Positions 10,032 through 19,763 of a stretch of 64,000 nt of DNA are shown piece after piece. Source of the stretch: Promethearchaeota archaeon (GTDB taxonomy: Archaea; Asgardarchaeota; Lokiarchaeia; Sigyniarchaeales; SOKP01); NCBI GenBank assembly GCA_016839555.1, contig JAEOUA010000001.1, forward strand, positions 160,001-224,000, written 5' to 3'. Numbering within the stretch: the stretch's first letter is position 1; each line of letters begins with the position of its first letter. The position numbers were made by a program, and so were the translations under genes. The notes beneath the pieces are model-generated. The model had not been told where the DNA came from. It saw only the letters and a program-made list of their open reading frames with translations, and made no database searches.

Positions 10032-13000
10032 TTATAATTGTTTAGCACATTTACCAATTCCTGAAACAGAATCATCCTTATATAAATTAATCACTCTCAC
10101 ACCTTTAGCTTTTCTATGAGTTATTCTTACGGATTCTACTGGTACTCTAATAACTTGACCCTTTTCAGTACCAATAATGATGTCCTTTTCCTTGGCAATT
10201 TTTACAGCGATTACAGAGTCATCATCTGCTAAATTTATGTTATAAACACCCTTCGCACCCCTGCCTGTTTTTCTATACTCTTTTACATAAGTTCTTTGAC
10301 CTATTCCATTTTTAGTAATTGTCAAAATAATATCATCATTACTCACCAAAAGAGTATCAACCACAGAGTCTCCGTCTCTTAAATCAGCACCCTTAACGCC
10401 TATAGCAGGTCTACCTAATTCTCTAAGCTCTGATTCATCAAATCTGATCGCATAACCTTTTTTAGTAGCAATAAAAATATCCTGCAATTCATTAGTAAGT
10501 CTTTTTACGCTGACTAAACTATCATCCTTCCTAATTCTTTGTGCTTTTATTCCTGTTTTTCGGACTTTTGAAAATATTTTTAATCGAATCTTTTTTACAA
10601 TTCCATTTTCGGTTACCATTATTAACCGATTATTATTATTAAAATTATTAATAGGTATCATTTCAGATATTTTTTCATTATCCCGAAGTGGAATAATATT
10701 GACAATCGGTTTTCCTTTCGCTATGCGGGTTTGTTGCGGAATTTCAAAACATTTAATTGAATAAACTCTTCCTTTTGAAGTAAAGAAGAGGATATTATCA
10801 TGCGTGGAACATACAAATAAATCATTTATAAAATCCTCCTCTCCTACTTCCATTCCTTTTTTCCCCCGTCCTCCCCGATGCTGAGCCCGATATGATTTCA
10901 CAGATATTCTTTTTACATAATGATTTTTTGTTAATATCACCATAGTGGGTTCTTTTTTAATAAAATCTTTTTTTTGCATATTTCTAATTGGTTCTGAGTC
11001 CTCGATTTGGGTTCTCCTCTCGTCTCCATATGTTTCCATTAATTCTGCCAGTTCTTGTTTAATTATGTTAAGTCTCTTTTCTTTACTTTCCAAAATTTTC
11101 TTAATTTCTTCTATTTGATTTGTTAATGCTTTTTGTTCATCAAATAATTTTTGCTGTTCTAAATTTGTTAATCGAGAGAGCGGCATTTGTAGAATTGCCT
11201 TTACTTGAATTTCTGTAAGATTATAGGCATTCATTAATTTTATTTTCGCATCATTTTTATCTTTTGCATTTTTAATCATTTGAACAATATTATCTATATT
11301 ATTTAATGCAATTATTAGTCCCTTAACTTTATGAAGACGCTTTTTAGCCTTCTTAAGTGCATATTCATTTCTTTTATAGATAATATCAAGTCGATGATTA
11401 ATGTATTCTTCAATTAATTCCTTAAGTGTAAGAATCTTCGGTAATTTTCCATTTTCAATTAACACAAGGTTTTTTATGTTAAAACTGTTAAATAATTGGG
11501 TTCTTTTATATAATTTATTTTCTATTATTTCTGGTTGAGCTTTCTCCTTTAATTCTAAAACAATTCTCATTCCTTTTCTATCGGATTCATCTCGTAAATC
11601 ACTTACATCTTCTATAACTCCTTCTTTTATGAGTTTTGCAATCTTTTTGAGCAAAGAAGATTTATTTAACAAATAGGGAATCTCTGTAATTACTAGTCTT
11701 CTTCTATTATCTTTTTCTTCTAACTCGATTTTGCCTTTAATTTTAATTTTTCCAGATCCACTGCTATATGCATTATGTATTCCTGAAGGATTGGTAATGA
11801 TCCCTCCAGTTGGAAAATCAGGTCCTTTTATAATTTCCATTAGTTCTTCCAAAGAAATATCTGGGTTATCTATTGATGCTATAATTCCTTCACAGACCTC
11901 CGTTATATTATGAGGAGGCATTGAAGTGGACATCCCAACAGCAATTCCCTTAGTTCCATTTATCAAGATATTAGGAATTTTTGATGGTAAATAAATAGGT
12001 TCTTTTAAAGTATTATCAAAATTTGGTTGAAATTCAACAGTCTCGCGATCTATGTCTTCGACTAATTCACTGGCTATTCTAGACATTCGAGCTTCAGTGT
12101 TATGATTGATGAATCCATTCGCTGTAAATGAATGACAATCCGAGTCTACCCGAATTGAATAAACATGATCCTCGGAAAGGTGATTAATTGAATCTATTTC
12201 TTGGAAGAGATAATTATTCTCTATAAGTTCTTCAAGTAATGATACTTCATATGCTTCAATAAATGTTTTGATGTGATTTATCTTCTTCTTAAGAGAATTA
12301 TATCTATCGATATTCTGTTTTTGAAAGTATTCATTAAACCGGTAGTTATATTTACCTTTAAAGTAATCCGCTAAGTAAGGAATAAAATCAGTTTTACTAA
12401 GTCTTGTACCATCTATTTCCCGAAGCTCCTCAAGTTTCTCTGATTTCCTAGATGAAAAGAATCCAATCTCGTCAGCAAACCTTAGTTTTGATTCCATTCC
12501 AAGTATAGTAATCCTATATGTATCATTTCTCGGATCTGGGATGAGATGACTAGTTATGATCCCAAAACAAAGTAATATATATTTCAACTGGTGATGTAAC
12601 TTAATACTTTCTGAAGTGTAATTTAGGTTAGATGATTTTCCTCCATGTCTTTTATCTGTGATTATTTGGATTGATCCATCTCTCTCAAACAAACCCTGTA
12701 AAAAAGAAGCTACAACGGATTTACTTGATCTTAATACCGAAAATGGAATCTCTTTCTCATCTGATTTGACTGGATCGAGCCCGATACTATAGAGAAAATC
12801 AAGAACATCCCTATAGTGTAGAGAAAATTCCTTCCATCCTTCATATTCGGGCCTTTCATACAGAAAGATCCCCGGGAATGAATTTAATAATCCATTCTTC
12901 ACTTTCTCATAATATTCATGATCCTTATTGTTGAAAGAGAGACGTTGCTGAACTGTATCTGATATACTGCCTTCTGCTACGAGAGCTCCAAGAGAAAATG

Positions 13001-13892
13001 CCAATTCTTCGGTGATCTCTGTTGGAAATTCTACCTCACGTCTTTTATCGGAACTCTCCGGGATGTGATGTACTGTACTATAATTTTTTTTTGGGAACAA
13101 TCCTTTTCGATTAAGAATCACAATATCCTCTTTAGAAATTTCTCTTAAAGTCTTCCAAACAGTCATTGGCTTACCATTGGAATCCTTACTCCAACATAGT
13201 ACAGGATGGTTTTCCGATCCCTTAATTGAATAACCTTGTTTGGTGACCACCTGGATGATATTGTGAACTCCAGAATCAAAAAATTTTGTTGCTCTGTTAA
13301 TATTCCCTTTATAAGAAAGAATCTCAATATCTATATCTCCTTCATAACCTTCGGACACGATTGATTGAAGCATATAATTATTATTCATTTCGATATTTTT
13401 AATGTCCTTTTGAATACCAATCTTTTTACTTAAAATTGAGGAGGTCTTATTTCTAACTTTCTCTGAAAGCTTTTTTATTGGGATCAAACCCTCTCCAGTG
13501 AGGATAAGAGTATCACCTGTTACGCAGTACCTCATGGCTGCTGGTGGATCGCCGTCTATAGAGCCAAAATTACCTTGAGGATTGATTAATGAGTATCTCA
13601 TGGAAAAGTCTTGTGCCATACGTACAAGGCTGTTATAAACTGCAGCATCACCGTGAGGGTGATATTTCCCTAAGGTATCTCCCACGATTCTTGCAGACTT
13701 TACATGAGGTCTATTATAAAATTGATTATTATCCGTCATAGACCAAATAATTCTTCGATGAACTGGTTTTAATCCATCTCGCACATCAGGAATAGCTCTC
13801 CCAACAACTACAGACATCGCATAGTCAATGTAGCTTTCTTTCATTTCTCTCTTTAATAAAATTTCCTTAATATTTTCGTTTTCGGTTGTCAA
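10032..13892 (-). CDS. gyrA: DNA gyrase subunit A, intein-containing (about 810 aa after splicing)
   Basis: RAIPDVRDGLKPVHRR, YHPHGD, AAMRY...TEAR, GyrA-box-like QHRGGRG, C-terminal beta-pinwheel repeats. Confidence 0.97.
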   Translation of the reverse strand: MTTENENIKEILLKREMKESYIDYAMSVVVGRAIPDVRDGLKPVHRRIIWSMTDNNQFYNRPHVKSARIVGDTLGKYHPHGDAAVYNSLVRMAQDFSMRYSLINPQGNFGSIDGDPPAAMRYCVTGDTLILTGEGLIPIKKLSEKVRNKTSSILSKKIGIQKDIKNIEMNNNYMLQSIVSEGYEGDIDIEILSYKGNINRATKFFDSGVHNIIQVVTKQGYSIKGSENHPVLCWSKDSNGKPMTVWKTLREISKEDIVILNRKGLFPKKNYSTVHHIPESSDKRREVEFPTEITEELAFSLGALVAEGSISDTVQQRLSFNNKDHEYYEKVKNGLLNSFPGIFLYERPEYEGWKEFSLHYRDVLDFLYSIGLDPVKSDEKEIPFSVLRSSKSVVASFLQGLFERDGSIQIITDKRHGGKSSNLNYTSESIKLHHQLKYILLCFGIITSHLIPDPRNDTYRITILGMESKLRFADEIGFFSSRKSEKLEELREIDGTRLSKTDFIPYLADYFKGKYNYRFNEYFQKQNIDRYNSLKKKINHIKTFIEAYEVSLLEELIENNYLFQEIDSINHLSEDHVYSIRVDSDCHSFTANGFINHNTEARMSRIASELVEDIDRETVEFQPNFDNTLKEPIYLPSKIPNILINGTKGIAVGMSTSMPPHNITEVCEGIIASIDNPDISLEELMEIIKGPDFPTGGIITNPSGIHNAYSSGSGKIKIKGKIELEEKDNRRRLVITEIPYLLNKSSLLKKIAKLIKEGVIEDVSDLRDESDRKGMRIVLELKEKAQPEIIENKLYKRTQLFNSFNIKNLVLIENGKLPKILTLKELIEEYINHRLDIIYKRNEYALKKAKKRLHKVKGLIIALNNIDNIVQMIKNAKDKNDAKIKLMNAYNLTEIQVKAILQMPLSRLTNLEQQKLFDEQKALTNQIEEIKKILESKEKRLNIIKQELAELMETYGDERRTQIEDSEPIRNMQKKDFIKKEPTMVILTKNHYVKRISVKSYRAQHRGGRGKKGMEVGEEDFINDLFVCSTHDNILFFTSKGRVYSIKCFEIPQQTRIAKGKPIVNIIPLRDNEKISEMIPINNFNNNNRLIMVTENGIVKKIRLKIFSKVRKTGIKAQRIRKDDSLVSVKRLTNELQDIFIATKKGYAIRFDESELRELGRPAIGVKGADLRDGDSVVDTLLVSNDDIILTITKNGIGQRTYVKEYRKTGRGAKGVYNINLADDDSVIAVKIAKEKDIIIGTEKGQVIRVPVESVRITHRKAKGVRVINLYKDDSVSGIGKCAKQL
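12099..13526 (-). mobile_element. GyrA intein (476 aa) with LAGLIDADG homing endonuclease domain
   Basis: Starts CVTGDTLI right after catalytic Tyr (AAMRY), block B SENHPVL, LAGLIDADG blocks LGALVAEGS and FLQGLFERDGS, block F VYSIRVD, ends INHN followed by Thr. Confidence 0.95.
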
Positions 13893-13964
13893 AAAAAGAC
13901 CCGTTCTTTTTGAATTTAAGATTTATATTAAAAATAAATATAAGATTATATAATTTCTAACTAG

Positions 13965-15974
13965 TTAAATATCAAGAACAGAGACCTCATCATAATTATC
14001 AATTATAAATTTTCGTCTAGGCTTTACTTCTTTTCCCATTAATTGCGTGAAAATTTTATCGGTTTCCAAGTAATCCTCGTAAATAACGCGCTTGAGGACC
14101 CTTGTTTCTCTGTTCATTGTTGTTTGATATAACTCATCTGGAGACATTTCTCCCAGTCCTTTGTATCTTTTAATATTTATTGCACTTGAATCTTTTAACT
14201 CATATTTTTCCATAAGTTCTTTAATATATTCATCCCTCTGTCTGTCTGAATATACATATTTACCCGTTTTTTTATAATTAAAATAATATAATGGAGGTGC
14301 TGCGACATATAAATGTCCATTATCGATTAAAGGGCGCATATATCTAAAGAAAAATGTAAGCAGAAGGGTTTCTATATGGGCTCCATCCACATCTGCATCG
14401 CAAAAGATTATGACTTTATTATATCTTAAACTATCCAAATCAAAGTCTTCATCGTTCACTCCCTGAACCCCAATCCCAAGAGCTTTTATAATAGCTAAAA
14501 TTTCATTATTTTTGAGAATTCTGTCTATTCTGGCTTTTTCTACGTTTAAAATTTTACCTCTTAACGGCAGAATCGCTTGGTAATTTCTATCTCTGCCCTG
14601 TTTAGCACTTCCTCCAGCACTATCACCCTCTACAATAAAGATTTCACATTCTTTAGGATCATTAGAAGAACAATCTGCCAATTTTCCTGGCATTCGTGCA
14701 TTATTAAGAACTGATTTTCGCCTTATTAACTGCCGAGCTTTTTTCGCCGCTTCTCTAGCTTTTTTAGCATCAATCGATTTATTTATGATTTTCTTACCAA
14801 CCACAGGATTATTTTCTAAAAATTTCATTAAATCTTCAGTAAGGACTTGGCTTATTGCTTGGCGAGCCTCTGGATTTCCTAATTTTATCTTTGTTTGACT
14901 CTCAAATTGAGGATCTGGTAATTGAATAGACACAACTGCGGAAAGCCCTTCTCTCGTATCACCCCCACTTAAAGTGAGACCTTTATACTTTTTTCCCATA
15001 TATTCTTCGATATAACTATTCAAGGTGCGAGTTAAGGCAGACTTGAATCCGGTAAGATGTGTTCCTCCCTCTATCGTATTTATAGTATTACAATAAGTTA
15101 AAATGTTTGTTTGATACCCTTGGTTATATTGCATCGCAATTTCAACTCTGATACTATTTTTTTCCCCTTTTTTCGTCTCATCAATATATTCATTTTGAAT
15201 ATAAATGATTTCGTCATGGAGTGGTTGTTTTTCTTCATTTAAATGAGCTATAAACTCTTTTAACCCTTCCTCATAATGAAATGCTTTTTGTTCTTCAGTG
15301 TTCTTGTCGTAAATTTCAAACTTTGCCTGAGGGGTAAGAAATGCTAGTTCACGCATGCGATTAGCTATCGTGGAAAACTGAAATATTGACTCTCCCTCAT
15401 TGAACTCAAAAATTTCATCATCAGGGTAAAATCTAATATTTGTTCCCTGCTTTTCTTTGGGACTGTCCATTATTATTGGATCTGAAGCTTTCTTTCCCCG
15501 AGAAAATTTCTGCTTATAACATTGACCATCTCGGTAAATTTTAAGATCTAACCATTTTGATAACGCATTTACGACTGAAAGGCCGACTCCGTGAAGCCCC
15601 CCTGAAATTTTATACATTTTATTATCAAATTTTCCTCCCGCGTGTAAATGTTCCATAATTACTTCCACTGCGGGTTTATTAAATTCTTCATGAATATCTA
15701 TTGGTATTCCTCGCCCGTTATCTCTTACTTCTACGGAGTTATCCTCATGAAATATAACTCTAATATGGTCAGCATAGCCACTAATAGCTTCATCCACGCA
15801 GTTATCAATGACTTCCATAACAAGGTGGTGAAGACCTCTTGCCCCTGTATCGCCTACATACATACTTGGCCTCTTTCTGACACCTTCCAAGCCTTTCAAC
15901 ACTTTTATGCTTTTTGCATCGTAGTGATTTTGCTCAGGTTCAGTTAGGTCCTCAATCCCCTTTTTTTCTGCCAT
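13965..15974 (-). CDS. gyrB: DNA gyrase subunit B
   Basis: YDAKSIKVLKGLEGVRKRPSMY, EVIDNCVDE, DNGRGIP, SGGLHGVG, VEGDSAGG, PLRGKILN, DADVDG, RYKGLGEM. Confidence 0.98.
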   Translation of the reverse strand: MAEKKGIEDLTEPEQNHYDAKSIKVLKGLEGVRKRPSMYVGDTGARGLHHLVMEVIDNCVDEAISGYADHIRVIFHEDNSVEVRDNGRGIPIDIHEEFNKPAVEVIMEHLHAGGKFDNKMYKISGGLHGVGLSVVNALSKWLDLKIYRDGQCYKQKFSRGKKASDPIIMDSPKEKQGTNIRFYPDDEIFEFNEGESIFQFSTIANRMRELAFLTPQAKFEIYDKNTEEQKAFHYEEGLKEFIAHLNEEKQPLHDEIIYIQNEYIDETKKGEKNSIRVEIAMQYNQGYQTNILTYCNTINTIEGGTHLTGFKSALTRTLNSYIEEYMGKKYKGLTLSGGDTREGLSAVVSIQLPDPQFESQTKIKLGNPEARQAISQVLTEDLMKFLENNPVVGKKIINKSIDAKKAREAAKKARQLIRRKSVLNNARMPGKLADCSSNDPKECEIFIVEGDSAGGSAKQGRDRNYQAILPLRGKILNVEKARIDRILKNNEILAIIKALGIGVQGVNDEDFDLDSLRYNKVIIFCDADVDGAHIETLLLTFFFRYMRPLIDNGHLYVAAPPLYYFNYKKTGKYVYSDRQRDEYIKELMEKYELKDSSAINIKRYKGLGEMSPDELYQTTMNRETRVLKRVIYEDYLETDKIFTQLMGKEVKPRRKFIIDNYDEVSVLDI

Positions 15975-16651
15975 TAATAATCGGTTTTTTTTGTTAATAG
16001 TTATTTTTCATTCTATGAAAAAAACGTCTTAATAGGAATTAGATCCTTAAATACATAGAAAAATTGAGTTATTCTTCCTTATATAATAATAGTAAGTACG
16101 ATAATTTAAATGTATATACAAATAAAATATCTTGGAAATGCTTCTAAAGTGAAATTAAATGATTTAATTGATATTTGCTTCAATAAAAAATAATATTTTT
16201 AATATTATAAATCATATATTCACTCAAATATGTTGTATGCTCTTTAAATCAAGTATTTTTTTATTTTAAAAAAAACTTTCCAAAAAGTAAATACATCAGC
16301 ACACTTCGAATAATTATCAATTCAAGCATTAATTTCAATATTTAGATATAATTTAAGGAAGTAAAACAAATTTTCCTGATTTTTGAAGGATTTAATTGAT
16401 AATTCAATAAACAAAGAATTAATAAGTCGCCTCGGATGAAAAACCAAATGACTCTAAAAGAAGATTATATTGATATGTTTTTCTAGAAGATGATAATTTA
16501 TCCTACTAACCATAATGAAGTTTATATTTTTTGCTTCAAAAATTCTGAGGCTAAATTTAGTATTTTTTCTACTATTTTATAAAATTTTATTTTTATAGAG
16601 CAAAAGCCTTTTTTTAAATGTTACTCAGAGTTCCATTCTAAGAATATATAT

Positions 16652-16930
16652 TTAATTTAATTCTTTCAGTAAAATATGTTTCATTGATTTCTTATCTCGT
16701 TTTGACAACTTTGAATTCTCTTCCTCCATAATAAGACCCTCTTGCCTAATTAATGCAAGATAAAGGATGATCATATTTTTTTGAAATGAAGTGCTATAAA
16801 TAGAGGGAAAACAGATCTTCCTGCAGAAGGCATAAGTAGCCCATTGAGCTATTTTCTCTCTAGGATAATGAGAAGGTTCAAATAAACTAACGAACCGTTC
16901 GTAACACAAGATTTCTTTTGTTCTACTCAT
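16652..16930 (-). CDS. Small hypothetical protein
   Basis: 92-aa ORF in otherwise intergenic space, no motif recognised. Confidence 0.4.
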   Translation of the reverse strand: MSRTKEILCYERFVSLFEPSHYPREKIAQWATYAFCRKICFPSIYSTSFQKNMIILYLALIRQEGLIMEEENSKLSKRDKKSMKHILLKELN

Positions 16931-17046
16931 TTTCTTTATAAGGGTGTTTAATTATGATACTTACGTGAAGCTATAAAAAGAGATATATCATCTGTATATT
17001 AGATACCTAATATCAAAAAAACAGGCAAAAAATAAAATATAAAAAA

Positions 17047-17553
17047 TTAAATTTCTATTATTTCTGCTTCCATCTTATCTGTATCTACAATTGCAAATGA
17101 CGCTTTATGGCTTAAATAACCGCAAGCTTCACCGGGATTTACTACTAACACACCATTATCATAGGTTTTATTCATAACATCATGAGTGTGTCCAAAAAGA
17201 ACAATATCAAAATTGCCCGATTTTGCGATGGAATCTACGACTTCCTCATTTGGCATGTGTGCCGCAAATACCCTTTTGCCGTCAAATTCAGATATTAATT
17301 CCATACCTACTAAATGACAGATTTGGCCGAGATTTTCTTTGAGAAACACTCGATCCCCATCATTATTACCATAGACCCCATAAAAATTAGCTTTTATCTT
17401 TTCATTCAGATTATCGAATACTCTGAAGGTAAATGGAGACACATAATCGCCACAATGGATGAGGGCATCTACATTCCTTTGGTTTAAAATAGAAACTGCT
17501 TTAGAAATATTATCCATATGGTCATGAGTATCAGAAATCACTCCAATCTTCAT
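17047..17553 (-). CDS. Metallophosphoesterase (MJ0936/YfcE family)
   Basis: SDTHD, HCGD, GNND, GHTH, NPGE. Confidence 0.92.
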   Translation of the reverse strand: MKIGVISDTHDHMDNISKAVSILNQRNVDALIHCGDYVSPFTFRVFDNLNEKIKANFYGVYGNNDGDRVFLKENLGQICHLVGMELISEFDGKRVFAAHMPNEEVVDSIAKSGNFDIVLFGHTHDVMNKTYDNGVLVVNPGEACGYLSHKASFAIVDTDKMEAEIIEI

Positions 17554-17645
17554 TATTTATTTCTCCTATTTTCGATTTTACGATAGATTATTTTTTAATA
17601 ACTTAAATTTTTAAATTAATTAAAAATTTAACTTTAATCTATTTT

Positions 17646-17843
17646 TTGATCCTATCATTAATAACCCTTTTACTAACGGCTGTTCTTTTTATTGGAGTAA
17701 TTCAAATTATTTTAGATTATTTTTTTCATGATTTTTTTTGGCTTTTGGATTTTCCTTTTTGGGAGTGGGTTTTATTTATCGCACTTACTATACAATTACT
17801 TTTTATAGGATTAATAGTCACTGAACAAATTTCTTCTTCTTAA
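17646..17843 (+). CDS. Small two-helix membrane protein
   Basis: 65 aa with two hydrophobic segments. Confidence 0.45.
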   Translation: MILSLITLLLTAVLFIGVIQIILDYFFHDFFWLLDFPFWEWVLFIALTIQLLFIGLIVTEQISSS

Positions 17844-17986
17844 TATTAAACAGTATATAACATTAATTTTTAAATATTTGAAAATAATTAAGCATTCAAT
17901 ATCCTTGATGATGTTTATATGTCTTAAAAATAATAATGAATTAATTGAACATTAATAAATATAAAAATTAAAAAATTTACAAAATC

Positions 17987-18832
17987 ATGGTCTCTAATCA
18001 AGAACCTCTTTCAGAACCGTCAAAGGAAAAAAAATTCTTTAAAAAAATTGCCCTAATATTGTTTTTCATCTTATCTTATGCATTAATAACGCTTTCTGTA
18101 ATTCTTAAATTAATATTTAAACAAGCATTTCCCGAAATACTTTATTGGATTCTTTCGGCTTGGAGCCCAACCATATCTGCGATTTTTATATCTGGATTGA
18201 GTGGTGGATGGAATCAGATAAAATCATTACTTAAAGGTTTTCTTAAATGGCGAGTTGGAATCAAATGGTACCTTGCAGCATTTTTCATAATGCTGGGACC
18301 TCTTGCTTTTGCGCTGATTTATAATTTATTTGGAGGGGAATCTCCTGGAATCGACCCAAGCCTTACTGCCCCCATACTATTATATTACTTACTTTTTACT
18401 TTCCTTTCTGGTCCTTTAAGCGAGGAGGCGGGATGGAGAGGATTTGCCTTACCAAGATTGCAGTCAAGATTCAGCGCATTAGTATCAAGTATTTTCTTGG
18501 GGTTAATATGGGCATTTTGGCATTTACCTCTATATTTTGTTGAAGATAGACTTGCATTGTATATATTTGTTCCATTAGTGCTTGTTATTTCAATTCTTAT
18601 GACTTGGGTTTACAATAATTCCCGTGGGAGCCTTATATTGACCATAATCATGCATTTCAGTTTTAACTTTGACATGGCATTTCTTGTAGGTTATTTAGGA
18701 TTAATGCCACAGATGGTCTTTTATATTAGCGCAAGTATAGGAATAGGTGTATATCTGATCGCTGTTATTCTATATGCTGGACCTAAAAAACTTTCGAGAA
18801 AACCTGAATCAGAAATCCCTCGCTTAAATTAA
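17987..18832 (+). CDS. CPBP/Abi (CAAX type II) intramembrane metalloprotease
   Basis: EEAGWRGF, WAFWHLP, H..FN motifs in a multi-TM protein. Confidence 0.92.
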   Translation: MVSNQEPLSEPSKEKKFFKKIALILFFILSYALITLSVILKLIFKQAFPEILYWILSAWSPTISAIFISGLSGGWNQIKSLLKGFLKWRVGIKWYLAAFFIMLGPLAFALIYNLFGGESPGIDPSLTAPILLYYLLFTFLSGPLSEEAGWRGFALPRLQSRFSALVSSIFLGLIWAFWHLPLYFVEDRLALYIFVPLVLVISILMTWVYNNSRGSLILTIIMHFSFNFDMAFLVGYLGLMPQMVFYISASIGIGVYLIAVILYAGPKKLSRKPESEIPRLN

Positions 18833-18954
18833 TTTTAAACTTTTTTCCTTAATTTCCCTAATAATCTATTTTTTCAGCGTCTATATACGCCTAGAATAAC
18901 CTATATCTCAAATTTGTCCTAAGGTTTATATATTATGGTGTCTGATATAGATTT

Positions 18955-19683
18955 ATGATTAATATCGTAGATTTTTATATCAATATTTTTACCCTGATAT
19001 TCGTCGTTTTTTCAATTATTATAGGATTAAAGATGTCATCGAAATACTTTGAATTTAAGAAGAAAGAGTTTATACCAGTTGGTTTAACCTATATTTTTTT
19101 AAGCTCAGCATGGTGGGGGACTCTACTCTCTTTTTTAACTGTATTAATCTTTGGTCAACCAATTAACAAATATCTTTTTGTAATTTTAAATAATGCTTTT
19201 CTTCCATTGGCACTAGTTTTTTGGATTAATGTGTATTCGCAAATGAACGTAAAAAGGAAAAAACTGGTCCAAGTTATATTTGGGATTATATGTATCTTGT
19301 GGGAGCTAGTACTCTTTCTTTTTTTAATAGTAGATATTAATATCTTGTACGGTTTCACAGATGTTCCTGAGAGTGATCTATATTATTCTAATAGAAAAAT
19401 TGTGCTTATTATTTTTCCAATTATTGGTATTTTATCAGCCTTAATAACAGGACTGCTATTTGCTCGAGTTGCTTTAAAATCAGAGGATCCTAAAACGAAT
19501 TGGAAAGGGAGGTTTTTAGCTACAGCTTTTATCTTTTTCAGTATTGGAGCATTTTTAGATGCATTACTCCCTAGAGATCTTATTCTTTTAGTAATTATTA
19601 GATTAATTTTAATTGCAAGTGTCTTTGAATATTATCTTGGCTTCTTTCTCCCAGATAAAATAGCTAATCTCTTAATAAAGTAA
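18955..19683 (+). CDS. Stand-alone 7TM membrane protein (paralog of 53862..54578)
   Basis: About seven hydrophobic helices; shares GL....WW, KG..L..A, G..LD, R.ILI, Y.GF.LP with the paralog. Confidence 0.8.
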   Translation: MINIVDFYINIFTLIFVVFSIIIGLKMSSKYFEFKKKEFIPVGLTYIFLSSAWWGTLLSFLTVLIFGQPINKYLFVILNNAFLPLALVFWINVYSQMNVKRKKLVQVIFGIICILWELVLFLFLIVDINILYGFTDVPESDLYYSNRKIVLIIFPIIGILSALITGLLFARVALKSEDPKTNWKGRFLATAFIFFSIGAFLDALLPRDLILLVIIRLILIASVFEYYLGFFLPDKIANLLIK

Positions 19684-19763
19684 AATAATAGGCTTTCATT
19701 TTTTTTTTATTATATAATATTTTTTTAGCAGATGTGTCTTAAGTTTAATATAAGAATAAAAAA

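Noticed and set aside
15975-16651. Long intergenic region upstream of gyrB as an RNA gene or repeat locus
   Set aside because: AT-rich, no convincing stems or repeats seen
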